A stretch of 64,000 nt of DNA from Lama glama (GCA_028534125.1 CM052817.1:9922001-9986000), one strand, 5' to 3'; counted from the first letter of the stretch, positions 25,791-38,836 are shown. Numbers and translations: made by a program. The notes: generated by a model not told the origin, from the letters alone.

Positions 25791-27823
25791 CTAAAAAACA
25801 AGAAAAACAAGCTCCTGGCCTGCTCTTGGGCACTTGTGGAGACCAAGTGCCTTAGAGAGGACTGCCAGATGTCACTATGTCCAGGGATCCCCATCCTGCC
25901 TTGGCCCCCTCAGATGCTGAAGACAGAGTTGGAAAAGCAAACAGATTTCTTACTTAAAAAAAAAAGGAAATGGAACATTCCAGAACATCAAGTCTGGCCC
26001 CACAGATGAGTGCTCTTCACACAAGAAGGTTGAGGCCACACCCTTAGGGATCCATTGGGTCTCCCCTGGTTACTCCTGGGGAAAGCCTTTGCCTACCTGG
26101 AGGTGGCTCCCAGAAGTCCCTGAGGATGCTTGGACCCAGTTTGCTGAAGGCATATCCCAGCTAAAAACTGATGGAGCCCACTGGGTGGCAGCAGCCACCT
26201 ACTGCTGGTGACAGATCTGGAAGGAGCCCATCAGCTCTTGGGCTAAACTGAAATTGAATGCAGTCGCCCTTCCCTTAAGCAATACTCCTAGGGACCAGGC
26301 AGGCCTCTTATTACCTGTTCTTGGACCCTGGATAGCAACCTAGCTAGTGGCTGACAATGACAAGTACATCCAAGACACCCCTCTGTGCAGCTACGTGTTC
26401 TGGAAAGCCACTGCTGCATGACACTTATCTGTGCACCAGGTGGGTGCCCATGGGAAGGTGCACTCCCAGCTGAGACTGAGTGGAACAGTGCGAGTCAGTG
26501 GTCTGCACATTCCTGGTGCCGTCATCAATCCCTCTCTCCACCCGCGTTGGTCTGGTTGTGGTAATCCTGCCTCTAGCACAGAGGGCTCTAAAACGGGGCC
26601 TACATCTGTGTGCCGGTGAGACTGAAGTGATTATCGGGTTGTGGTGCCCGTCAGTAGTTCATCTGTCTTTCTGAAAATAAGCCAGGACCCTTTCAGCTCT
26701 AAGGGTGAGCCTTGCCCTTTTCTGGCAAATAGAACACACGTGTCCTCTGCTGCCATCTTGTGACTGCTCGTGGCTTCCAGTGGCCTTGGACACTTAGCCT
26801 CTAACTAGAATTTGTCATTCTGCGCCAGTGGCAGATTTGGGCCATCCCAGGTAGCACTGGAGACCAAGCTCATTGTGGTCACATAAGCTGCATCACTCAC
26901 AGCAAAGGGGCCCTGGCAGTGGGCTGGTGAACGTGACATTCCACAGATGTCTCAGCTGGTGGCATCAACAAGAGGTAGAAGGGACATGAAAAAACTTGGC
27001 TGGGAAAGTCCATCCAGCAGGATAGAATGTGCTGCCAGCATAGTGGGCCACCCCATAGCCAGACTGCGTGAGCATTAGAGCAGCTTGTCCCTAGAGGAAG
27101 TCAAGAAGGGCCACCCGTGTCTGCGACTGCACCTCTGCGATTAGAAGCAGCAGCCAGTGATCAGAACACAGGCCTCCAGTATCTGGGAAACAGGGTCCTT
27201 AATGCCCATCCTGGCACTCGAAAAGTCTGCATACGAGCTACTCCAGGAACACACACACCACTGACTGCCATCGGACTAGGGCAGGGAATGGAAAGCTTCA
27301 AGATGAAATTGATGGAAATTAACCAGTTTACCATCCAAACATTCCCCTGGAATTTGTCAGCCTTCAATAGACTCCAGGGTTCCAAAATAGTTACACTTTT
27401 TTGTCTGTGCAATTCATTTTTTTGTGGGAAGACAGATCCTCGTGCCTTCTCTAACATCTTCCTTTCCTTTCTTTTCTTCTTTGAACTGGAGACACCTTTT
27501 CATGACATCTCACAAATAAGATAGTTTGGCTAGACTTTCTTGAACCCCCCAGGGATAAGGAGTTCACTACCTCACATAAAAACTTGATCTGCTGTATATT
27601 GGAAGCCTATAGCATCACTGGCAGGTGACACTGGCTCTCCTTTATTGAGGCTACTCGGTGCCAGGCATCATGAGGACCATCACATCCACCCAAGGAGGTG
27701 GGTGCAATCCCCTCCCCAGTTAACAGATGGGGGAATGAGGCTGAGAAAGCTTGAGTTATTTCTCAAGGGAGAGCCACATTTGAACTGAGGTCTCAGAGTC
27801 TGACGTCAGTCCATACTGTCTCT

Positions 27824-28914
27824 TGATGACATACTTAAAATCATTTAAAAATCAAAATGGAGTAACTATGGTTCTCAGATGGAGCTGGGTGGCCACTGTG
27901 GTTGTGGTTTCAAACACATTCCTGCATCCTTGAGAACTTGAACTTTCTTGGACGGTATCAAACTCAAGGACACTACCAGCATTAAGTTTGCAAAACATTG
28001 CCTGCTAGCAGCTGCTAGCTGTAACCATGCCATTTCAAAGTACCCCACCCCTTACACTGTAACTAATCATTTCAAACCCCAGCCAATCCTTGCTTAACAA
28101 GCACCTTTACTTCTTGCTGGCTCCAATTCTAATTCTTGACAAACAACTTCTGTAATCTTGTGAGTTTTTGCCCTTATAAGTTTCTCCCATTTTCTAGCCT
28201 GGGGGGGCACAATTCAAGTGCTTCTTTGTTACCAACCAAACTCGTGTCCGCTCAGCCTCGGGCTGTAAAGCCGATCCACCGACACCAGGTTGTGGTGAAG
28301 GAAAGTGCAGTGTTTACAGCAGGACACCAAGCAAGGAGTCCAGGAAGCTGGTGCTTAAAAGACCTGAACGCTCCCCCAGTGGCTTTCAGGGAAAGATTTC
28401 TTAAAGACAGGGTGAGGGAGAGGGTTTTGGGGTTCGAGATCAGCTTTGTGGATCTTGTTTTGATTGGCTGGTGATGAGGTAACCGGGAGCCGACCAGTCT
28501 AGGGTCTACGCGCTGTGGGCAGCGCACAGCTAACTTCCTCCACCCGGTGGGGGTTCATGTACCTGTAGAACAGCTCAAAGCTCCCACAGCCCCGGAGGAG
28601 GGACTGTAGGTCCTTGACTTTGTTTAGCGGCTAAACTGTTATTATTTTTTCTTGCTTGACTGTTTTCCTTTGTTTCTGCATTTTCTCACTTCTCTGATTA
28701 AATGTATTCTGTGGAACTTGGGGAAGGTCTAGGAGGCTAAAATCTTCTACCAACAAGAGGCAGGTGGAGGGTACGGGGGGCTGGGGTGGTCTGTCCCGGG
28801 AAGGCCCTGTAGAGACATCTTGAATCTGTGTCTCCTGGACTGCGCTCCTAACAAACCCCAAATAAATATCTGTTTATTTCAGTCAGGTCTCTGGTTCTGA
28901 AATTGTGGTTAACA
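27824..28914 (+). mobile_element. ERV1-like solo LTR interrupted by a second LTR
   Basis: tgatgac…aaaatggagt…ttataa…aataaa…ttaaca; the sequence rejoins cleanly across the insertion. Confidence 0.6.
28227..28817 (-). mobile_element. Younger ERV1-type solo LTR nested in the 27824-28914 LTR
   Basis: tgttacc…gagaca with 4-bp TSD tctt (28223-28226 and 28818-28821); relatively CpG-rich. Confidence 0.75.
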
Positions 28915-30234
28915 CTCTAATGGGCCAGGGGGAATCAAAGGAACTTGAGACATGGGCTTTGTGTACAGGGGTCTGAGATCTGGTTGGAGCAATAAAATAA
29001 ATGCTCGTTTAGAAAAGGACAGAGAAGTGGTGGCTGTCACTGATCTGACCTGATGGCAGCTGCCGTTCCGAAAAGGCATGAAGGCCCGCAGGGGACGATG
29101 GGCGAGGAGACGGGCGTTTCAGGTGGAGGTGGGTCTGCGCCTGGTGCTCAGCCATGTAAAGCACCATGACCGCGCTCCCTTGCCTTCTGCAGCCCTTACA
29201 GAGGCACAGGTTGCTCTGCCAACAGTCTCTAGTTTGCAGTGGGGCTTAGCCACATTTCTTGGGCAAAAGCAATTTTGTAAATGAATCAGGATCTTTCCCT
29301 TCAGGGTGATTTGAAATATTGAAATACTGGCCAACTTTACGGTACTTTGGACTCACCCTGATAGCTTGTTAAAATCCACATTCCTGGGCCTTGCCCTCAG
29401 CAACTCTGATTCGGTGTGTCCAGGGTGGGGTCAGAATTAGCTTTTCTCAGTTCCCCTGGTGATGCTTCTGGTCCTCAGCCCACGCTCTGAGTAGCACTGA
29501 TGCTCATTCCATTTCAGTGGACCACAGAAACCAGGCAGCTAACGGGCGGTTTTCCTTTGAAATGTTGTCAGTACGTGTCTGAGCCAAAACCCAGCCCAGC
29601 CCAGCCGTGCATGTGCTGGGGAGTCAGAAGCTACAGAATCTGGGGGACCGGAGGCCTCTTCTGGCCCCAACACTTATGAGCTGGGTGGTACTGGACAACT
29701 CGATTCTGTAAGCTTCAGGCCACTTCGTTTATAGTTATTAACTAAAACTGCTGACCCCACAGGGATGCGGTGAGGACTACAGGAGGGGACAGTAAAAGAT
29801 GCAGAGCTTTCCCAAGAAACAGATGTGTTAAGTGTGTTGTAGGTTTTTAATGTATTTATTTTTTAGAAATTTAACTGCAGCAAAAACCTCCCTGACTCCC
29901 ACCACCCCACAGCCTTCTGTCTCTCATACTCTCATCAAGTGTATCTTCTCAGTCTCCGCTGCTGACGGTGAATTCCTACGAGGCTGGACCTAATCTGTTA
30001 GCTCACCCCCTCCTCCACCCAGGGTCTTGCACAGGGCTTGGGACATAGCAGAAAATAAATGAAAATATATTAATGGGATACAATGCCTGTAGAAGCTGAA
30101 TGAGTACTTCTCAATCCAGGTTACATATGAGAATTACCTGGGATACAGCTCAGAAATTCTAACTTAATGAATCAGAGGTAGTGTTTCTCAACCTTGGCTG
30201 TACATCAGAATCACCAGGGAAAATCTTTTTTTTT

Positions 30235-30375
30235 TAGGAGGGGTGGGGGGTAGTAATTAGGTTTACTTATGTATTTTTTAACTAATTTTTCTTTTAGTGG
30301 AGGTACTGCGGATTGAACCTCGGACCTCGTGCAGGTTAAGCACACACTCTACCACCGAGCTATACCCTCCCCCTA
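30235..30375 (-). mobile_element. Vic-1-type tRNA-derived SINE, inserted in a MER5A-like DNA transposon remnant
   Basis: ggaggtactgcggattgaacctcggacctcgtgcaggttaagcacacactctaccaccgagctataccctcccc. Confidence 0.85.
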
Positions 30376-30752
30376 ACCCAGGAAAATATTTAAATCCACA
30401 TATTCAAGCTACATCAGTAACCAATGACATGGGAACCTCCTAGGGTAGGAGCCAGTATCAGTACTTTTTAGAAGTTCCCTCCTTGGGTAAATCCACTGTC
30501 TAGCAGGGGCGGGGCATCACTGGGTTAGATGGAAAACAATTTATGTGCACAAGCAGTGGAGTATTAACATGCTCTTAGACAAAGACAAACAAAATTAAGA
30601 GGGGAACGAGCCACTATTTTGTGTATGTCTATTAAAATTTTTTATTTCCTGTCATTTCTGATTCTGGTAACTTATTTTATTTCTGTGTGTACAGTGTTGC
30701 TGTTTCATGTCCACGTCTCTATCTCTTTGGCTATTTGCTATTGTTGTGTGAC

Positions 30753-31199
30753 TGTGCTGGGTTGAATATCCACCCCTGCCCCAAATTTATGTCCACCTAG
30801 AACCTGTGAATGTTCGGAAACAGGTTGTTTGCAGATGTGATGAAATTAAGATGAGGTCATTCTTGATTAGGATGGGCCCTGATCCAAAGACTGGTGTCCT
30901 TGGGAGATGAGGGAAATTTGGACGCAGATACACAAAGGAAAACTCCATGTGAAGAAAGAGACAGACTGCAGTGATATGTCTGCAAGCTGAGGAACATCAA
31001 GGATTGCCAGCAATTGTCAGAATCTGGGAGAGAGGCGTGGAACAGACAGACTCTCCCACAGACTCGCAGGGAGGAGGCTGATTTCTGCTGCCGCGTTCAT
31101 TTCAGACTTCCCATCTCTGGAACCGCGAGGACACATTTCTGTTGCTTTAAGCCACCCAGTTTGTGTGATGTGTTACGGCCACCCTAAGGAAATAATACA
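30753..31199 (+). mobile_element. MLT1-type MaLR LTR
   Basis: tgtgctgggttgaat…ttaagatgaggtcat…gctttaagccacccagtttgtg…ggaaataataca. Confidence 0.85.
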
Positions 31200-31274
31200 G
31201 AGACTTAATTGACACCTGTAGTTTAGGCCCATTTTGCAATAAAAAGATTAGAGTCATAGTTCTGAAATCATTCT

Positions 31275-31280
31275 TTTATT
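31275..31280 (-). terminator. PROM1: Probable PROM1 polyadenylation signal AATAAA
   Basis: First minus-strand AATAAA I found after the stop, about 330 nt downstream and just before an MLT1 LTR. Confidence 0.6.
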
Positions 31281-31609
31281 GTGCACACACGTATCTGTGG
31301 TCTGCTGGACTTCCTTTAACTAGGAGTCTAAGTTCCCATGCAGTGAAATGGGCCAAAATTCACATCTTGTTTCCAAGGCTAAACGGGTAATTAACGAATG
31401 TGTTGCATATTTAAATGCTCAAAGGAGGCTCAAATGATTAAAACAAAACTACTAAAAATAAAACATAAGCATGCGTGCTTTCCCATCAGTATACATTCCA
31501 CATGATCCCACTGAACTCTGTGAACTCCTCAAGGGAAGGTTTCTTTTCCAATATTTGCAGACGCTGCAGTTCAAGAACTTGTGCAGTTGGCTCTGTTTAA
31601 AAATTTTGT

Positions 31610-31664
31610 TCAATGTGTCTGAGCGGTTCGATGTCTACGAAAACCAATATTACCATTTTTCATA
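31610..31664 (-). CDS. PROM1: PROM1 terminal coding exon: MKNGNIGFRRHRTAQTH*
   Basis: ttacag|T ATG AAA AAT GGT AAT ATT GGT TTT … CAT TGA, stop at 31610-31612; in frame with the preceding exon. Confidence 0.85.
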
Positions 31665-32087
31665 CTGTAACAAGAATAAATACACCAAAAAAACCCATGT
31701 TATCTCTAAGACAAAGCATTTACATCATGGGTTACAAAGACAATATAATGGCTGTACAATGTCTACAACAATGTGTTACATCTACAAAGAGAGTAAAAAG
31801 GTATATTCACATTTTGTTTCCTTTAAAAACCAAATATCAAAACCGACATTTTATATATTAATAAGTTTTATAACATATAAAGTTTTCCTTGATTCAACAA
31901 GTATTTCTTTAGTCCTCTCCACGTGCCTGCTCTCATTTTAAGAGGCATCAGTGTTTATTTTTATCTGGGCATATCTGTGGTTGTGACATAACTATAATGT
32001 TAATTGAGTTTTAAAAGTACATCATCTAATAACAAAGCCCTCCCCAGTCCCACCTTATAAATACAGCTTAATAAAGAAAAGGCTTAC

Positions 32088-32111
32088 TTTTCCATGGGTA
32101 TAGTTTCAAGA
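32088..32111 (-). CDS. PROM1: PROM1 24-nt exon: LETIPME(N)
   Basis: ttatag|TCTTGAAACTATACCCATGGAAAA|gtaagc; equivalent to the human VETIPMKN facultative exon. Confidence 0.9.
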
Positions 32112-32598
32112 CTATAAAAATACAAAAAAAAGAGATAAAATTATTTTTTAATTACAGTTACAGCCCAGGAGCTGCATCCTCCACATTTTCACTCTAATAC
32201 AGACGCTGACGAAGCAAATTCAGAAGAAACACATAATGCAGAGGAGGTGACTAACGTAAAAATGAACACAGTTTGAATACAAGTTCACCAGGAAGAGTGG
32301 AGTGCGGACTACAGAGTCAAAACGAAAACTAGTGAAACAGTTACAAAGTAAAGTGCCAAGTCCCCGGGACAGAGGAACTGCAAATGAGAAATAAGAAGGC
32401 TGGTTAAGGAAGCTGAGATCAGGCAAGGGGACAAATAGGTCAAGCATAGAAAATCAGTACAAAGAAAACATCTGAATAGGGCTGACCTGCCGCTTAAAAA
32501 AATGATCAAATATAATCTCATCAGAGCTCTTCCCCAGAAAGCTCTTGGAAGGAAGCACCACTGAGAAAGCGACCCCGTGGCCCTCACATGCACACTTA

Positions 32599-32805
<207 letters not shown>

Positions 32806-35790
32806 TTAATGGATTCTAACTTTGCTCATCGAAGCCGGTTGTGAATTTAAGATGCGCTGGCCACTGTGTGAAGTGCCACGTCTTATTATAATTCATTCAA
32901 TCTTTCTGAAAACCTTGACTAGATCCTATTGTATTTGTTTATTTTACAAACAAGGAACAGAGGCAGCAAGCGGTGAAGCCAGGATTAGCATCCTGGATCC
33001 CCAGAAACCACTGCTCACCACCCCACTAGACGGCCTCCCTTTGCGGCCAGCGGCAGGAGCATGGGCAAATCTTTCCGTGAGTTGCTCTGATGTTAGGGTG
33101 GCTCATGAAACTTCCTGGTTTTGTTCTGCATCGGAACAGTGGGACGGCAGTATCCTAACCCCATAACATTACTGGGTGAAGAAAGCAGAAGCAAGCTCGG
33201 TGCAGCTGAGGCCCCCAACAAACACCTCATGACTCATTAAACCAACTTTAGGGTCAGTTGGAGGCTGGATTCAATCCTGTTTTTGTCCAAAAAACAATGT
33301 TAAAGTTATTTTTTTGAAGACAGTTGCCAATATTCCTAAGTCAGATTTCACCTCGAAACTTGGGTTTACGCATCTTTTCTCAGAAAGTCTCAAGTTAGAT
33401 CTTGTAACAGCTGGACTCTCGAGCCCACAAGGTGACGTCAGCTGGAGCCAAGCGATGGTTCTTCCTTCAAGAGGGGCATCTGTCCTCAGCCTGCTGCAGG
33501 CCACACCACGAGCTCTCGCAGGGGCGCTACCCGATGTCATTTAACCTGACCACCAATCAGCACAGACACAGCCGTGCACGACCGGTACAGCCCTGTGGGT
33601 ACCATCCACCCTGTACGCCAGCCGGTGTCCGACCTCGGCCTGCTTTGCAAATCTACCACCTGCCAGATCCCTGCAGAGGCTCCAGTCTGCGGCCTCTCCC
33701 AAGGACACGGCAGTGACACTACAGCAGCCCTCCCCGCCCGCAGGGAGGCAACCACCACCGCCCAGACCCGCACGCCTCGGCCCCCGCATTGCCGCTTTGT
33801 TCCTGGCTGGGTTTAGTGTTCACTGGAGTGACACCTTTTGGCCCAGAATTTCCAGTAAACTTGTTCTCCTTTTCCACATGTTCTCTGTTGGTAGATTTCT
33901 ACGCTCTCAACCTTGTTTGTGGAGGCCTTAGAGCTTTATGACAACCATACCTTTTACCGGAAGCTGCCTCAATCCTTCGGGGTATATTCAAGATATAAAA
34001 GAAACACATCAGACAGCCTGGAGTCTATTTTCCTGGCCAGAACTCTCCCTGACTCTTTAAACCACCTCTGACAAAGCTCCAGCCTACAATCTCCCTGAGC
34101 CCCCTCCAAGCCTCCCCTCCAGTGTCTCCCATTGTTTCAGAGAGGCCTCTGGTCAGTGGGTGATATGCCTGGCTGCGGGCAGGTGGTAGAGACTGGACAC
34201 AAGGAGATGAATTCATAATTAACTAGGCTAACTGAGGGCTCCCCTAATGACGGCTTCAACCAGAGCCATCAGCAGGGGCTCCAAGCAGCAGGACAAAAAG
34301 GATAAGAAGTTGGAACAAGAGAGAAGCAGCCGGAAAGCCAAGGTGTGGGGCCTGCATGGTGGAGAAAGAGGCAGGATTGTTTCCATTCAGGTACAAAAGT
34401 CCATCCCACAGAAGGAAGGGCATGTGGACATGGGACAGGGCGATGGAAGGATAGAGCAATCCAAATGCACTGTGACAGACAGCTATCTGATCATCCTTCA
34501 TTCATTCAATGGCCTGTGCTGGAGATACTCCAGATGACAGGGACACAGCAGTGAACATGTACCCCTTGCTAAGGCATCTAGAGTCTAGTGTATGTTGTGG
34601 GGAACAGATCTTCATCAAAGAGCCACATAAATGTATGATTCAAACAGCTTAATAACATCTCTAAAGGAAAAGCAGGAAGTTCCACGGAAGTGTAGGAAAG
34701 GGAGCCAGATCTAGTTGAGAAGATCAGAAAAGACTTCCTGGACAAAAAAAGATACGTTTGGGCAAGACACACAAACTGAATGACAGCAAACATTCATGGA
34801 GTGTGTTCACGTGCCAAGAATGGTGCCAAGGGCTTCCCATGCAATCTCTCTTTGGACCATCGAAACCACCCCATTAAGGTGATGAAGGTCAATATTTTTC
34901 CCAAGTCACAGAGTTCAAGAAATGGAGAAGTGGAATTTGAATTCAGAACCTGTTCTCAATCGTTACACTGTAAAACCTAGAGGAGTCAGCTAGGTGAGGG
35001 ATGGGTGTGGAGGGGAGGAATGAGAGAGAAAGAGTTTCCCATTTCCAGGCAGAGGACTGGCATGTGCAAAGGCCCTGGGGTGGGAAGATAGAAAATTTTT
35101 TTAAAGAAATGAAAGAAAGTGTGTCTGGAGCACAGTAGGAAAAGTGATCAAATAGTACAAAATGTGGCTGAAGGAGCAGGCAGCCAATCATGCAGGGTCT
35201 GGTGTAGAACATTAAGGAGGCTGATCCTTATTGTGGTGTGAATGGTAAGTCACTGAGGTGCTTTAAGGGAAGGCAGTGAGAGGACTGACTCATGGAGACA
35301 GTCACTGTAGACCAAGGAGTGAATAGAGCTGGGAAATGAACTTGATTAACCGGAACTTACCAGCCCAAAGGTAACAAGCATCTTAAAGGGCTTTTAACTC
35401 AAAAATTAAACTAAGTTTGCTGTATCTTTAGGCTTCCATTTCCAGCTGCACTAAGAGTCCCGTGGAGCGGCGGCACTCTGCACACCGGTGACTGCTCCTT
35501 TCTGATTATTCTGGGCAAAGAGGAGTCTTCTTCATGAAGGTCTCTTGACTTCCGTAACTAAAATCCCAGTAAGGAGTGAAGAGATGCAGCTGGGACTTGG
35601 ACTTTTCTAGTCTATTTGATATCAACACATTCTGCTAGATTTTAGATTTTAGGTCTTGGATTCTACAACTGTAACAGACCCGAGCAAAAATCTATTTCAC
35701 ATTATAGCGTGTACCACAATCTGGAAGAAAAAAAAAATCAAAGATAGTGAGTTTATCGTGTCTTCTTATTTTGAAAGACGAAATTCTTAC

Positions 35791-35883
35791 CATGGGGTCA
35801 ACAATGTAGCCGCACAGAAAGACGTCAACGGCGGAATCTAAAGCAGTGGCCACTGGTTTGCAGGCTGCAACCTGCTCGGTGAT
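35791..35883 (-). CDS. PROM1: PROM1 exon, 93 nt: [31 protein letters not shown]
   Basis: ctacag| … |gtaaga; CKPVATALD motif. Confidence 0.97.
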
Positions 35884-36279
35884 CTGTAGCGGGTAAGAAA
35901 CACAGGCAAACTCTGAGCCACACCCACACAATTCCACAAGAGTGAGACATGCCAGTCACTTCTGGCCCGTTTTCACAGAAAGGATCTCCATGCCCTCTGG
36001 GATATGGAGCTGACAGCTGATTTCTATGCATGAGTTCCACGACACATCAAAGTACGTACTAGAAAGCAAGACCTCGATTCTCTTGGTTTCCTCATTTGTT
36101 ATTGGAACAGTAAGTCCCAACCTGCCAGACTCCCGAGAGCATCAGAGAGTCCAGGCGGCCAGCACTGCGCCTCAGTCTGAATTTCTTACCTGACCCCTTT
36201 GTAATCTGACAGGATGATCTAAATAGAAAGGTGGATAATTTTAGAACAGGGGACATTTCAGAATAGGGGACATTTCAGA

Positions 36280-36460
36280 ACAGAGGTTGGCAAAGTTTCT
36301 CTCTAAAGGGCCAAAGAATAAATATTTCAGACTTTGCAGGCTGGGCTGAGACACATCTGTCGCTACTGCTCCGCTCTGCCGTGGTGGGGTGCAAGCAGCC
36401 ACGGACGATCCACGAACAAATGGGCGTGGCTGTGTGCCAATAAAACATTACTTACAACAC
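36280..36460 (+). mobile_element. MER58-like hAT DNA transposon fragment
   Basis: cagaggttggcaaa…taaagggcca…aaatattt…gactttgcagg…ggctgtgtgccaataaaac. Confidence 0.75.
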
Positions 36461-37280
36461 TGGCAGTACCTGCGTACCCCATCTTGGAAGACAGAAAACG
36501 AAGTTCTCATTAACAAGGTGAGAATAAACACAAACAGATGCTCCAATCCCACTGACTTCAGAAAGATCTATTCACTGATTCCAGAAGCTTCATAGTAAGT
36601 ACAGTAAGTACAGTAAGCCAGGTGCTGGCCCTTTGGGGCAGGGGTGTGTCTTAGTTCTTCTCCTCTGTTGGTTGGCTCACCTCCCCCTTTCTTCCACCTG
36701 CACCTTACAGGGCAACCCATGTTCATAACCTTATGCTTCTGAGCTCAAACAACCCTATCAGGCTTTTTCACCATTAGTTTTACAAAAAGTGGGGTAGGGG
36801 GTCACGTCTTGCATGTTTTCCTGCATCCCGCTTTTCTCTCTCACATGTACTCCATAAAAATCTCTCCAAGTCCTGTGGGGTAGCTCTGATCCATTTTGTA
36901 CCCACGGCCACTTAATATTCCCATGCTGTGGCTCTTGCATGACTTAAGCATTCCTGTCCAGATTCGCTTTACTTCCAGAGTGACTGGATGGGGTCCTCTG
37001 GTCAAGCAGAGGAGATGCAGGTTGGCAATGGTGGCGATAAGGCTGTGTGTTTCCTCTGCCACTACTCACCTGTGCGTGTGCACCTCCCTAAGTCACTCTC
37101 CTGCAAGCACACCGCCCCAGAGGAATGATCCTCAGTGGGGACCCGGCCCAGGGCCCAAGATGACAAAAGGCATTTTCCAAAACGCTGTAATTCTCCATAA
37201 GTTACATGCTGGGAGCAACGTGCACCCCTGGGAACTTCACCCTGCCCCTCAACTTCTCATACATCCATAGAGACCCAACT

Positions 37281-37635
37281 TTATGGACTGAATTGGGCCA
37301 CCCTCCACCCCAAGTTTCTATGTCAAAGTCCTAACCCCTAGTGTCTCAGAATGGGACCCTATTTGGAGATAGGGTCTTTGAAGAGGCAACTCAGTTAAAA
37401 TGAGGTCACTACGATGGGCTCTAATCCAACAGGACTGGTGTCTTTAATAAAAGAAGAGGAAACATGGACACGGACAGAGGGAAGACACTGTGAAGACACA
37501 AGAGAAGACGGACACCAACAAGCCAGGGAGAGAGGCCTCAGAAGGAACCACCCTGCTGCCATTTTGATCTTGGACTTGCAGCCTCCAGGATGGTGAGAAA
37601 ATAAACTTCTGCTGTTTAAGAACCCTAGTCCTCAA
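37281..37635 (+). mobile_element. MLT1-type MaLR LTR
   Basis: ttatggactgaatt…tatttggagatagggtcttt…gcctcagaaggaacca…ttggacttgcagcctccag…aataaacttctgctgtttaag. Confidence 0.85.
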
Positions 37636-37989
37636 GTACACCAGCAACACAGCAGACGCAGCGCTGCCCGGGGCAGGTACAAACCCCAGCGTCAAAGGGA
37701 CTCTATCGTCAGGAGCTCGTGGTTTGCCAGGGGAGACGCGGGGAGGGGGCCAGAGCCCCTGGAGCAGTGGGCACGACCCCACGTGGGCAGGCCGGGGAAG
37801 CCACCTGGCGTGGACGGCACTTGTACTGAGTTTACAGCGCCTCCACTCATGAGCCCCACGATCAAGGGCCTTTTACCTCCCTCCTCTCTAATTACTGGGA
37901 ATTTAATTTGACTTCCTCCTGATTTTATCCTGGAAAATAACTATCTCAAGACAGGGCCCCCTGAAGTTCTTAAGGGTCAAACCACTTAC

Positions 37990-38058
37990 GGCGATCCTGA
38001 CCCACTGCAGATAGTGCTCAATGTATCCCAGTATCATAGTGGCAAACTTCTTACTTTC
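37990..38058 (-). CDS. PROM1: PROM1 exon, 69 nt: ESKKFATMILGYIEHYLQWVRIA
   Basis: ttccag| … |gtaagt; GY.EHYLQW motif. Confidence 0.95.
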
Positions 38059-38173
38059 CTGGAAAAAAAGACAGCAAAGAGAATTAAACCCATTAAAATG
38101 CCAACACCGTCCTCTCCTTACGCAGGCAGTCACGTCCACTTACTGGCATACTTACTTAAACAACAAAACTTAC

Positions 38174-38254
38174 TTCGGCAGTAATCATGGAGGTGTGGTT
38201 TTTGAGGAAGTCCTGAGCAGTATTCAGAAAGAAAATGACATTGGCCACTTTTAC
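38174..38254 (-). CDS. PROM1: PROM1 exon, 81 nt: VKVANVIFFLNTAQDFLKNHTSMITAE
   Basis: ttccag| … |gtaagt. Confidence 0.92.
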
Positions 38255-38836
38255 CTGGAAAACACAGCAGTGGTATCAAGTGATAAAAGGTTTCACTGCA
38301 CAGTTGGCAGATTCTGTTAATTCCGCGCCACACCACCACAGCCTCCTAGTTAAGAAGGCTGCGCTAGCTGTTCATGGTTATTGGTAGCTTCCCAGGCATG
38401 GTTTCCCAGGACACCAGGGTACGCCCCCTCCCCACGAGGGTGGGCTTGGCTGTGTGACTTGCTTTGGCCACTGGAAGGCAGACGAGGTGGCCCTGTGCCA
38501 GTCCTCCCATGAGAATGAAGGTTTGTGGTCAGAAGGCATGGAGATTTGGAGGCTGTAAAAACGACCGTAAAAGTGACCGGTGTATCTTCTCCACTTGCGT
38601 CCTACACATCCAAATACCACTTTCTCCTGTAACTAACAACATGCCAGGATGCTGCCTGTGTTTACAGAAGTCCTTGTAGAAAGGAGATTGGTGGCAGAAC
38701 CCAGTTTGGTGTTTAGAATGGGTGGGTAACTGAGACTTCATTTTACTTAAAGTATCTGCAAAAACCAACATCTCTGAAAGTCTGCGGGTGCTTTTATAAC
38801 AGGGCTCCAAGCCAGAAAAAGAAAACAAATCCTTAC

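Noticed and set aside
26431..26619. ORF ending PTSVCR, reminiscent of FGFBP2 RPSVCR
   Set aside because: Wrong strand for synteny and only a 4-5 residue match.
31471..31941. 156-aa plus-strand ORF
   Set aside because: Antisense to the PROM1 terminal exon, AT-rich, with no recognisable domain.
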